Below, piece by piece: positions 47,549-60,500 of a stretch of DNA of 64,000 bases. Position 1 is the stretch's first letter. Every line of letters begins with the position of its first letter. A model generated the notes under the pieces. The model was not told where the DNA came from and did not search any database. It worked only from the letters and a program-made list of their open reading frames with translations. The stretch lies in assembly GCF_037042905.1 (NCBI RefSeq), contig NC_087253.1, positions 25,296,001-25,360,000 on the forward strand, given 5' to 3'. The stretch comes from Lytechinus pictus (taxonomy: Eukaryota). Made by a program: the position numbers and the translations under genes.

Positions 47549-50124
47549 TGTTAGGGAATTAAATCCAATGATAATCCTTTCATAGATCCCACAGTATAGA
47601 GTAGATCACTGATCAATTGATGCACAAGAGATTACTGACTGATGAAAGTTCAAGTTTTAGGTGAGGTAGACTACAAGAATAATACCAGATGGGACTGGGC
47701 TGAAATTTCTCCTATATAGATCAGGAACTCGCTGATAAAATTATCTTTTCTGTCACCATTAACAATCCAGGCAATGATCAGAAATGTTGAACAAACTTAC
47801 ATTTATTCCGTTGTCATCATCGAAAGTTTGTTGAAAGTTCAATGTAATGCCAAAAAAGTTGATAAATCGAGAGCAAAAGAGCAGTATGTAGTATGAAGAT
47901 GATTTCGTTTTTGAACGATGTATAGTTTTATTTTTTTGCAACATTAACATGTTTTACAAGGTCACCAGCTAAGTCAATATAGCTTAATTCTTCATAAAGC
48001 TCTCACTATAATTGAATGGTTAGAAATAAATTTACCTATTAAGATATCATTAAGATGATCTAACAGAATTTAGGGAGATGAGTTCTTCGGACAATACAAT
48101 GCAGCTTTCTTATTAATAATGCTGGCATCTTTCAGCAAAACATTTTGGATACTACTTCTTCTTAGTAAGCTTATTAGCTCCCTAAAATAGTTTACATTTT
48201 TTAGATCAAGTATAATATTATGAATAATTCTTTTTTTTTAATTTCATGGTGAAACTTTGCACATTATCATGAAAAAAAAAATATTAAATCCCTCTGCATA
48301 CGTACCTGATATTACGACTCAACAAATACTTTTTTCCAAATTTCAGCTGAAGAAGGTTGTTCAATAAATTTATCGAAAGAATCAAACGATTGAACGTGAG
48401 TAACTGTCACAAATTTCCTTTCAATTTGTATTAAACGGGGTGTAGGGTTATGTGCTCCGATAAACGTATACTGGTGGATGGAGATAGGTTCCAATCCCAA
48501 ATAAGCGTGATAAGACAATATGCCAGTTCGTAGTTCCTTTCTGCGCATGATCAAAATATTCTACGCATGATCAGAAGAAGTTTATTTGCACTAAAGTTAC
48601 ATGGTGGTTTAAAATCTAGTGAGATAAGCACCAACTTTGATGTCTTGATTATTCATATATTCTTTTGAATAGTGGTATTCATTTACATCCACAAAAAACA
48701 ACAATGCGTCCACTAACTACTGGTATTTCACAGTTTGCCAAGTACATTGTGCAACATGCTATGATATGCATTCAAAGTAGGAATGCAACAAATACCTTCA
48801 TAAAGTGTTCATTGGTGTGATATTCTAGTCACCTGGTCTATTCAATTTCTTCATCCTGCTATGTAAGGCAAGCTTACGTAATATCTTGCTTTGAAATCTG
48901 CCTATCATAATGAAAGAAATGAAAGGTCATTTGACCAAAATTGTCCAGAAGTAACTACGAACTGGTCTATTCAACCCGAAAAAAAATGCTCTGCATGTTT
49001 TTTCGTATATATCCGAGTGAATACGCCAATGAAAAGCGAGTAAGGGTAAACGTGTATCTAATGCACTGATCGAATATTATCTGATAATATTCAGATCAGT
49101 GGTCTATTACGTAGTCTCCTGTGCAAACCCTTCACTCGAGACAAGGTCTGAATGTGTAGCCTCCTCATGCCTTGTGTACTAAAGGCCATCTCATCAAGTT
49201 ATGTATGTGCTAGTCTTTGCGTGGAGACACAGTCTTGTTGATCAAAGCCCGGGGATCAAAGTTTTAATCAGGGTCTGTGCCTGTAGACTAGGTCTTACGT
49301 GTGGTGCGGTGCAAGGGGGGGGGGCACTGAGGTCAATCCATGGCATCATACTAGCTACGATTCAATTGGGGGAGGGGTGTAACAGTAGATCACCCCGGAT
49401 CACCCCCCTCCCCCGAACGATTGCTTCATTGCATGCTTGTTTAATGTTTGATTATTATTTTAATGCTTGTAGATACGCAATGATGATTGGGGGAAAGAGA
49501 TTGAGGGGGTACAGGTTGGCTTGAAGTTGAAGTGACCAAGTAACATGTTTGACCATTGTTTTTACCGGTACACAATATCACTTTTGCTCTGAATATCTTC
49601 ATTTTATTTATGTTGCCTTGGATGGAGTTGGGGTGGTATGGGAAGGAAGACCTGTGGGTTATGGTTATTGAGTTAACATTTTCCAAAACCAGGCAGCCTC
49701 ACCAACTCTCTTCTTATTCATTTACTTGTTTGTAACTCTGTATTCTATAGAAATGCCAAATAAAATTATGATAATTTTCGCCAGTGGGTGGGCGGGAGCG
49801 CCCCTTTAGTGGCCTTTCATATTCTTTGGGGTTTTTGATGAATAAAGGAAGGAGAAAATAAGAAAAGACGGGAAACGGGAATAGAAGAGATAGATAGTTC
49901 CTACTCAGGGGTGGCATGGTGCCAGCGTCGGGGGGGGGGGGTGGGCAGGGAGGCCGCTGTGATTTTGTAAGTAGTGAAAAAATGGGAGAAGTAACAAAAA
50001 AAAGGAATAAACGGAAAAGGAAAGCGAAGATAGGCGTCTGTGTCGCAGTGTACCTCCATCGTACCCATCTTATTCATCATTGATAGACAAAACAACGTCA
50101 TGTTTAGATTTTTTGCCACACCTG

Positions 50125-50603
50125 GGGAGCGTTTCATGAAAGGACTTGTCAGACGTTTTATCCGACAAGTCCCATTTTATCCGACAGTTACCATAGAAAC
50201 AGTGCTTCTCAGCCAATCAAAATCCAGAAAAGTTGTCAGATCTGACAACTTGTCGGACAAAAATGTTGATGAAACGCCCCCCCGGGGGGCGTTTTATGAA
50301 AGGACTTGTCAGACGTTTTATCCGACAAGTCCCAAATTATCCGACAGTTACCATAGGAACAATGCCTCCCAGCCAATCAGAATCATGGAAAGATGTCAGA
50401 TCTGACAACATGTCTGACAAGTCCTTTCATGAAACGCTCCCCAGGGGGGCGTTTCATCAACATTTTTGTCCGACAAGTTGTCAGATCTGACAACTTGTCT
50501 TGATTTTGATTGGCTGAGAAGCACTGTTACTATTGTAACTGTCGGATAAAATGGGACTTGTCGGACAAAACGTCTGACAAGTCCTTTCATGAAACGCTCC
50601 CCC
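50125..50603. mobile_element. Array of three ~158-bp Harbinger-like MITEs (two direct, third inverted)
   Basis: Units begin gggg(a/g)gcgttt(c/t)at and end atgaaacgc(c/t)cccc, joined through ccgg and ccagg. Confidence 0.85.
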
Positions 50604-52281
50604 GAGCTTCGTCGTAACTTCTCATCAACGAACTTAGAGGGCGTCAACACTTTACTACTACGTTTGCAGTCAGAGTTATTACTAGTATAGATTTTACTAT
50701 ATTTTTGTTTTATTACTCTATAGCTGTTTCATAGAGATTATATTTCTTTACTCTTAAAAAAAAGGTTTTTTTAGCCTTTATTCAGATAATATCACATATT
50801 TCATACATACAAGGGTAATGAATAAAATAGAAAAAATAAAGTGAAGTGCAGGTATACAGCAATATAACAAATGAAATATTATACATTGTGATATACATTT
50901 TTTTAAACAAAGATTATCATAACCCATAATGCAAACTTTGGGAGTTAGTAAAAGTAGCCACAGTATACAATGAATCTAGTCTCCTTGTTCAGACTCTGCA
51001 TTACATACACTCTGCAGAAACCATTAAGGGTATGTGATTACAGACTACGTAATTATTATCGGCAAATGTAAGAGTATGTGAAAAGAGAAAATAGAGAGAA
51101 AGACGACAGGACTATATAAAATTCCGATACCTGACTTTGTAAAAACAAATGTTATTACTTTTGGTAATTTTTTTTTTTTAAGCCTTCTCAAGTTATAATT
51201 GTGTGAGTTTCGGTACAAGTGAATGAAGGTAATTTATATATCATGTCTATATTTGAATATCAGTCATACTTTCCTGACATGTTATGATTTAACCCCCCCC
51301 CCATTAAATCCTGGATTCGTCCTGTCAATTGTACCCCCCCCCCCTCGCCGTCATCAAAATCTGCCTCTCGGTCTGGGTGAAGTTGCAGCAACCATTATTT
51401 CATGATATTTCTTTTTTTAATCAAGGTTGACTGCCACCATATTAGCAATTCGTATTCTGTCTTGTTTTGATACGATAGCCAAATTTTTATCCAAAATTCA
51501 ATTCACTTTGGCACCAACCTATGTGGAGAACCTTTCGACAGAAGTTTTGAATTATATAGATGATCCCCAGGAATTAGCTGGTGCCTAATTTTATATTTCT
51601 CTTGTAATGTTTATATATTGAATATGTCATGTTTGTTATCATTATTGTTATTATCTTGCCTGGAAATAAAATATATGAATAAATTGGCATATAACATCGA
51701 ATGTCTAAATTGGGTTCACTTACATAAGCATGCTAAATAATCATCACTCTGTAATCATGAAATCAAAGCTGAAAATGATCAAACTGTTCATCACCAACAC
51801 ATATCAGCACTGTGATGTAATACAATTCGTTTATTCTCTCCTGGAAAAAAAAAAGCGACACTCAGTGGCTGGCATGGTATGCCTCTTTTGTCCGCATCTC
51901 TACAGTTATACTTTTTACCAGAAACATTTAAGCACATATATATTTTTTCTTGAATCCATTCACGTAAACTTGCCTTCTATACAAGCTTTGCTTTTCTTGG
52001 CAAGTACCTCCGTTCATTTCTACATTCTTTTCATAGATAAAATAAATTGCAACTCACTTTAGTTTTGTTTAATTTATCTTCAATATTTGTTATGAAATGT
52101 CATTGATCTGTCTGTATTATATTGAATATGTATTGTTACTTTGATTATGTTTTGAAAATTTTGCTGAACGGACATTTTTATTTAAAAAAAATCAAATTTT
52201 CGTTAGATTTTGACATCAAATTCATAGTTTCATGTCTTTTTATCTCTCTTTTTTCCCTTTTCCCTCTTCGAAGTCGTGAAT

Positions 52282-52321
<40 letters not shown>

Positions 52322-52584
52322 GGGGGGGGTAGTGCCCCCCCTAAGCCCCCCCCCCATCTGCCCCATCTGTACTTCACTGCATGTAATAACTTGGATGGTG
52401 AGATTTTTTTTTTATTCTGTTCGAATTTGTTTTCAAAATGTTGCCACAACTGGCATTTACTTTACTATGTGATATTTTTATTAAATTCTTTTTGGGGGAG
52501 GGGGCTGTTGTTTTTATAACAAATCTGAGAATTTTAGCTTGATTCAAAATCTGTTAAACCAATAATAAATTTAGGGAAAATTCG

Positions 52585-52867
52585 TAGTCGCGGACGGGCA
52601 CGGATCCACCTCTCGTCTTGCCCAATAGCCACCCTCACACCCTCGTTTCTAAATGGGGTCTGCGTTGTTAGGTTCAAAAACTTTCAGCCAATCAAATTTC
52701 AAAGTTCATGACGCAAAGTACGTTATGGAGCTCGCCTGCACTTTTGTGTATCGTTTTAATATCGTTTCCAATATCGATATTCAAGGTAAACAGCTGACGA
52801 AGATACGACCAGAGGATTTGTATTTCTGCCACAGATGCCTAAATCGAGCTATTTTTCCTGAAAGCAG
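52585..52867 (+). promoter_or_regulatory. Probable promoter and non-coding first exon of the DRAM-like gene
   Basis: CpG-rich unique segment; two CCAAT boxes (~52622, ~52688); TGACGCAA at ~52709; candidate donor CAG|gtattg at 52867. A second candidate UTR donor CAG|gtaagt lies at 56777. Confidence 0.4.
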
Positions 52868-53198
52868 GTATTGAAGATGACCTAGTTTGGTACCTTAATG
52901 AGTTACTGATCCCTTTTGTCAATGCCAAGGCCAATTCATGGTCATTGTGTATGGTATATGCTCGTTGTTGATGTTGTCGAACCGTCATTCGTTTTGTGCA
53001 CGGGCACCAGCCCGTGACACTCATTCGGCAGCTGCATGACCGCGGCCTCTTCCAATGTGTGCGATTTCTAATGCACACAAGTGAATGGCTGATATCATAA
53101 TTCCTTGTCTTTGATGCTGCTAGTCCTGCAGAAATATGTTGTTGTGTGCTAGACCTTGACTTGCATGCTCAGTGTGAATGATGTGAGTGGGTTATGAG

Positions 53199-53446
53199 CA
53201 CTAGCGTACCTACGGGGGGGGGGGGGCGGAGGGGGCAGACTGCCCCCCCCCCTGGCCCTGACGAGTCTTGAACTTTGAAGACCTTTTTTTTTTTTTACAA
53301 TTTTTTTTTGTTTTTTTTTTGGCTTGTCAAATTTTTTGGCGGACGAGATCCTTTATTTGTGGTTGAAGACCTTTTTTTTTTTTGCTTGTCAAATTTTTTG
53401 GCGGACGAATTTGCCTCCCCTGTGGAAAATCCTAGGTACGCCACTG
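53199..53446. mobile_element. hAT-like MITE
   Basis: cactagcgtaccta...taggtacgccactg; TSD gttatgag/gttatgaa (7 of 8 match). Confidence 0.7.
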
Positions 53447-53829
53447 GTTATGAATATGAGTCTGGACTGAACTTTCTGAGCTGAAGTGATGTCTGTTAAA
53501 AAAAAGCTTGCATGGCCTAAAAATAAGTTACAAATAACCATCAGATGACGAAGCAGAGATAACAATGAAACTAATTTGGAGATGTACATGTAATCGGTGG
53601 AACAAATGATTGAGTTTTCATAACTAGATCTTGTTGTTTCAGCTTTCGTTTTGAGTCTTATTGTGTATGATGCCGCTATGTTTCATCTAATTTTTAAGTT
53701 TGCGAATGTTTCACTTTGAAATTTTATTCATTTCTAAAACATTTTAGTTTTTCAAAATTCTAAAAATATATTAAAAAACACCAAATATCATTATGATTTT
53801 TGTTAGATGACTGGATTTTTTTTGTTTGC

Positions 53830-54640
53830 TTGAAGTTTGAACTTTTTTCCTCTTTCTTTCTTTTGTATCATTCTTTGTTCATCCTTATATCCTTCTTGCT
53901 TGCCCTTTTTTGTTCCATCTATCTTTATTTCCGATCTTTTTTTCCTGAACCTTTCTCTTTCTCTCTCTGTTCACTTGTCTTTCTCTCCTTCTTTCTGTTA
54001 GTGTTACTTTCCTTTATTAAATTTCCATTTTTTATTTCCTGAATTCATTCTTTCCTTAAAACTTTTTTTGCTTCCTTCTCACTTCCTCTCCCTTTTTTCG
54101 TTTTCTCCCATTATTTTCTCTTGCTTTCATTCTCACTTCCCTTATTCTTTCCTCCCTCTCTTTCCTCCTTTCTTTCATTCTTTATTTTATTTTTCCTTCT
54201 AATTCTTTTCCCTTATCATTTCTTTCCCTTCCTTCCTTCCTTCCTGTTTTCTTCTTTGTTTGTGTCTTTCTTCCAAAGAATGAAGGAAACATTTTTCTTT
54301 CCTTCATTCTTTCTTTCCTCCCTTTTTTCTTACTTTCTTTTTTCCTTTCTCTCCTTTATTTTGTCTTTCACACATTTATTCATCTTCCCTTCCTTTCTTT
54401 CTTTTTCTTTCTTTCTTTCTTTCTTTCTTTAGAACTATATTCATTTCAAAGAATGACGGAAACCCTTTTTCTCTCTTTTATTCTTTCTTTCATCCTTCTT
54501 TTATTCTAACTTTGATTTTTTCTCTTCATTTTCCCCTTCAGTTCATTTTTCCTTTCTTTCTTCTCTATTCATCTCTTTTCTTTTGTCTTTTCTTTCTCTC
54601 ATTCTTTCGTTTACCATCCCTTTCAATTCTTTATATTTTT
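53830..54640. repeat. Long polypyrimidine (TTTC/CTTC) low-complexity tract
   Basis: Visible composition; source of the F/S/L-rich ORFs. Confidence 0.9.
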
Positions 54641-57581
54641 CACAAGTCTAACACTGTGCATCTTTGTTGATCTTTTTTGTCGATTGTCCCGTATTTCATT
54701 TTGTGAAATCTGGTCACCCTGATAGTCATACACAGACGGCTCGCTATGGTGCAGCCACCATTAGGGGTTAACGATGTAAAATCCCCCCCGGCAGGGCTCA
54801 TCGAGTTTTGTCTTTATTTCATACAAATGTATGAAAAAGAACTATACCAAAATGAAGATATTATTCCGTTTTGGCCTGAAATGCACCAAAACGGGGAAAA
54901 ATAATCTTAAAAGGGGGAAAAACAGTGACTTACTTCGGCTGTCGGGCAACTTCATATCCCTGTTTTATCCGAACTTTATAAACACATGGCCATTGAGCCC
55001 CTGTACAGATCGAGCTAGAACTTTGGTCTCTGTAGCCTATTTGGTGAGTGGAGCATATAATAGAGACCGAAGCTTTTGGTCTAGCATGGCCTGGCTTTGG
55101 GCAGTGTATCTTGCCGGACACCATTGTTTCTAAGATGCTTTAAAAATGACAACTAAGCTAAGATAGACTAGAGCCTTGTTTACAATATAATTGTGTTATA
55201 TGGGTTGGTACTGTATGATTTAGACCGTTGGATGAATTGGATTGGAATACCTGGTGGTCATTTTCTTGTTAAAATGTTTTTTCTTAAATTTTAACATTAG
55301 ATGTGACAAGATCTAACAGTTATAGGTGACTGATGATGGATCTTGTACATGTAAGCTACAGCTAGCCTACATTACATGAACCATCATCACCATCAGGATG
55401 AGTCCATAGAATTTGGACTGTTGATTTATGACTTGCATGATTTTTTTTTAATTCATGCAAAAAAGAACTAACCAGGCATCTATAAAGTTTAAGATGTACA
55501 TGTAGACCCTACTCGAGCAATCAGCAACTAGTTTAGACCTACTCCTTCACATGGGCATATTTCTATCACGTATCACTTTGGAAACCCATAGATCCATGGA
55601 TTGAAAACCCATAGATCTACCTACATGTACATGTATTTCTTCATGTGTAATACATTTCTCCGCTGATTTGAAAACATTGTGTGTGATCGCAAGTAAAGTA
55701 TGTGCAGCTTAACGGAATAATTTTGCTTTACAAATTTGAATAGCATTTTTGGTCATTAAAGCTCTCAACTACATGTAGTAATTTACAGTCCTACTGTGTA
55801 AAAATATGCTATACAAAAGACTTTATGCATAGCAGTCTTTCAAAAATGTGGAGCAAATTGCGATGCGATACCAGGAAAATTATTCCCTGAGCTAGCTGGA
55901 GTCTGCGGTCATACTTTCAATTGCTAATGTGATCGGTTGGTGATGTGGGTCGCTTTATAATCACAGACTGCAGTCTGGGAGAATAGTCTCCCCAGCAACA
56001 TCTGCTCATGTCCTGTGCAATTATTCAAAAACAAGCTAAAAACATTTTCTCTGTAAACACAAACTTCATATTTTGTAAGCACTTGGAGAGTAGAATTCAT
56101 ATATTACATGTACACTCCAACTGTATAGCTCCCCCCCCCCCTCCCCCATTCAGCAATTGGCCCAATGTCGCAAAAAACGAAGTCCCTGAAAATAAAAATG
56201 ATTTCCTGCTACCCCGGTAGTTTTTATCGGACAAACTTCATATAATCGGTAAAGGAAATAATCAGTTGTCTCGTGATGCGGCAAACTGATGTTGCTGTAG
56301 AGACTATTCTCCCAGACTGCAGTCTGTTATTAAGCGACCCACATCACCAACCAATCACATTCGCAATTTGAAGTATGACCGCAGCCTCCAGCTAGCTATT
56401 AATTTTCATGGATCTATGGGTTTTCAAAGTTTGCGGCATCGTGAGACAACAGATTATTTCCTTTACCGATTCTATACTACCACGATGATCAACATCTTCC
56501 GTACTTTTACACTTCATATAGTTGTGATGTCATAATAGCCAGGTATGACATCATTTCACCAGGATAGTGCTTTAAAAGTACCCTCTATACATGTAGCTTT
56601 GACAAAGGAATTACCGTAATCTAGGTTGGACACTATTGCATGTGTCACAAATCAGGCTGCAATATGTACTCTGTGTTGAATAAAGCAAAGGTTTGACATC
56701 ATAATGGGCATCCCGGTTCAGTAAACTCTTTGAATTCTTCAAAACTTTTTTGACAGCAGATAAAATGCTATGGTCAGGTAAGTATCCTTTGTACTGTTCA
56801 GTGCATTGAGTCTAAACTTTTCATTTATTGTGTCATCTTATTCTATACATTAGGTACTATAGCCTGAATAATGCTGACTCATAGGAGTTGTGTGCAGCAT
56901 ACACTTTTCAGATAATATACTTTGTTTTTGTCACCACCTTGGTTTGTTGCAAAATTAAAAGGACTTCTGCCACTAACTTAGGAACATTAAATTGAATTAA
57001 AACATATTTCTCATCATGCGGTATCTGTAATTGTGTGGCTGTGAGGATTCGGCAAGGAGTTGTCTTGTATTTTACATGTACCGTTTCACGGTGTACTTTG
57101 AATTGTACATTCATCTGCGATAGCTGTTTGCAGTTGCAAGAGATGTTAAACTCTGAGAGGAGCATGTTGTACCTGTTGGATATATTTTAGTTGATTCCTC
57201 AGTAGTCATTTTTGGAATAGGAGGATTCTTAGCCAGAATGCAGTATATTTAGAGGATATTTGATCTGAAATATGTAGTGTATATATTATGCATACATGTA
57301 ATACCGGTATTCAACTCATCAACTCATGAAAAAGGGAGGAGTTTTGTCAGCCCTTCTTAAGCAATTGTAGAAATGACTTGTCTTGCATTTCTTGGAAAAG
57401 TACAATCTTAGTCTCTGCAATTCATGGAGTAACAGTCATAGTGGTGGTGCCATATTTATGTACTGGAGTTTAAATACCTCAGCTTTGCTGCTAGACTTGT
57501 TCAGCTTATTTTTATTAATTTCCACAAGCATCAATCTCTATTTAGTTGTCACTCGCCTAAAAAACAGTTGTGAAAAGGAAA

Positions 57582-60500
57582 ATGGATCAGAAAGAAGGAA
57601 ACTTTGCGCAGCTTCTTACAGCAAAAGGAGAAATTGAAGGAGAGGATCTTTACGGAATTGACAATGAATGGAATGAGATAGAAGTATATATTGTAAAAGA
57701 TGAAAGAGGAGCAGAGGACAACGATATAGGGAACGACAGAGAAGGATTAGAAAAGGGAGGGGATGGTTTAACTTCAGTAGAGGAAGGAGTAGACAAAATG
57801 GACATGGATGGCATGCAGAGTAAGAAGGAAAGTCATGAAAGCCAGAAGAATGGAAAATTAATAGGAGAAAATGGAGAAGAAATCAAAGGAGGAGAAGGAG
57901 AAGAAGAAAAAGAAGAAGAAGGAGGAGGAGAAGAAGGAGGAAGAGAAGAAGAAGGGGAAGGAGTTGAAGAAGAAGAAGGAGGAGGAGATGGAGGAGAAGA
58001 AGAAGGAGACAAAGGAGAAGAAGAAGAAGACAGAGGAAGAAGAAAAGAAGGAAGAGAAGTAGAAACAGCAAAAGAAAAAGGCAAAGAGAAAGAAAAAGAA
58101 TTAGGAGGAGAAGGGAATATGAGAGAAGAAGAAAAGGGAGGAGGAGAAGAAGTGAGCACAAAAGAAGAAAAAGTAGAAGGGGGAGACAAAGAAGGAGAAG
58201 GAAGGAGAGGAACAGATAGTTCTATTCTCATCCCGGAGTGGTTGTTTGAACAACCAAACATCTGTCAAGATGATGCAACACGTAAGATATCTAGAGCTGT
58301 ATATGTACTGTAGATTGTGGTTGTGTTTCACCAAGATTTGAGCAGCTAAAATCAACGAAAAATAGAATATTTCATTGGGTTTGAAAATTTGAATTCCAAG
58401 TGGATACCATGCGTGACCATGGGGTTCCAAAAAGCACCCTATACAAGTATATTCTGAAAATGCACCCCTTAAGTATTGGAAACCAAACGGAACCCTTGAC
58501 AAGTATTCCCTGAATTGATATCTTAATTGTTATTTCACAGACGTCGGCTTTACCTTTTCTTTCATTGGGATTAGTACCACCCCACACACCTCGCTCAAAT
58601 CGGACCCTAAACACGTGTTGGGGCAAAAAGTACATCCTTTATAAAGTATTTTTTTAAAGTATAAAAAGGAATAAGAATTAATCATTGTTGCCATTTTGAG
58701 AAGCAAGAGTAAATCGACCTTGACCTTAATGAAGCTTCATGTTTGTGCTTTTGTCATTATTTATTCCCTTCAGCAAGAAATTTATTCACATCTGCTGCTC
58801 TCAATCCAGGTTAAAGTAAATGGGTTTCCAGTAAGATTTATTCCTCGAATGCTTTAGCTTCCAAGGAATGTAGTAGAGCAGGGGTATATAGTAATTCTGC
58901 ATGAAATAAATGGAATTATTATTATTATATTTTTGATACAGGGGTTGTTGAAAGAAAGAATTTAGGAAAATTTAGAGAATTTACATACAAACAGAAAAGA
59001 TCACTGGCCAAACTCAAAATTTAAATGATGCCTGCACAACAATAATACTACTAGAAATAGAATGAATACTGAAAGATAAAAACCCTCCACTCTTCTCCAG
59101 TTATGGTTTTATGCGTTCAGGTTAAATTAACGTTCACTTAACTGTAGCACTGAATATTTGCTAAATACCTCTGTTCCTCTCTCTGTTTGCACATACAATT
59201 TTCTCACCACCTGAATTTTCTTTTCCGTTCTTTTCTTTTTTACCTGGCTTTCATCTTCACTTCTACCAGTCTATGCTTTTATTATTGAAAACATTATCCA
59301 GTAGAATTTGTTTTGTTACCGTCTTATGCCATTCTTTATGATTGCATACGCTTATACATGGAATCTGTGTAGTTTATAAATAAAATGCCATTGTAGAATA
59401 AATGTTTATTTTTTGTGAACAAAACAAATTCACACTGTGGACAATAACACAAAATTGAATTGAATTTTTTTTCAGGAGGAGCAAGTGGTTCATCATCATC
59501 ATCATCGGAAGATAAGATGGAGTCTCCTCGATGTCGATGCTGCCCCTCTTGGCATCCTTGGTTCTTCATCGGTCTCGGTTGGTTACCCATCTTGGTTGGC
59601 ATCTTCCTTTCTCTCAGTATCGTCATACCGTAAGTATCAATAATAATGATAATAGGCATTTATATAGCCCCATCTATCTAAAAATATTCTATACCGAGGC
59701 GCAATGTTATTATTATTGCCCCGGCTTTAGTTCGAGCTGCCTTTCAGCGCTCATGCATTCAAGGAATTAATCCTACCGGGTACCCATTCACCTCACCTGG
59801 GTTGAGTGCAGCACAATGTGGATAAATTTCTTGCTGAAGGAAATTATGCCATGGCTGGGATTCGAACCCACGACCCTCTGTTTCAAAGTCAGAAGACTAA
59901 TCCACTGGGCCACAACGCTCCACAAGTATTCAAGCTCTTTACAATCTTGAAGTGCCATGGTGTAGTGGTTCAGACTCTCGCCTTGCAATCAGAGGGTCCT
60001 GTGTTCAAATCCCACCGCGGCCTCGCGTCCTTTGGCAAGGCATCTATCCATACTTTGCCACACTCCACCCAGGTGTCAAATGGGTATGTGGTAGGATGTT
60101 AAAGCCTACAATAGGCCTATCATGTAGCAATGGAGTCTTGGAATTGGAACTCACATTGGAATGCTCCCCAGGGAGCAGAGAAAGTGCGTACATTGTGTGT
60201 GGGCATGCTAGGATCCAATGACCGGGGTTAAAATAATTGCAATGTAAAGTGCTTGGAAACAAAGTATATATTAAGTGCTATTCTATTATTATTATTGTTA
60301 TTATAATTATTATCCTCATTAATATGTCACTCAAGTGTAGTTCACTATTCATGTTTAATGAGTAAACAAACTAGAAATATTGATATCCCTTCATTTAGGA
60401 TTGCGCAAAAACAAGAAAGTTATTATAAAAGGATGGTAAAATGATTCATTTCAACAATTAAAGCCTGAATATAATATAATTTTTAAGAATCTAAGAAAAA

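Larger units (their letters stand above)
35745..47750 (-). mobile_element. Full-length, degraded Crack/CR1-group LINE (ORF1, ORF2, 3' tail), interrupted by two insertions
   Basis: ORF1 from 47548; ORF2 39414-35990; 3' end AATAAATAAA followed by (TGAAC)n at ~35745-35780 on minus. The 5' boundary is approximate. Confidence 0.8.

Noticed and set aside
53800-54432. Hydrophobic F/L/S-rich 'membrane protein' ORFs (also 20343-20833, 22632-23060)
   Set aside because: Translations of polypyrimidine tracts.
57833-58261. Minus-strand Ser/Pro-rich and Leu-rich ORFs and the plus-strand poly-Lys ORF
   Set aside because: Shadow frames of the GAA/GGA-rich exon; only the Glu-rich frame has a Kozak ATG and a phase-compatible donor.
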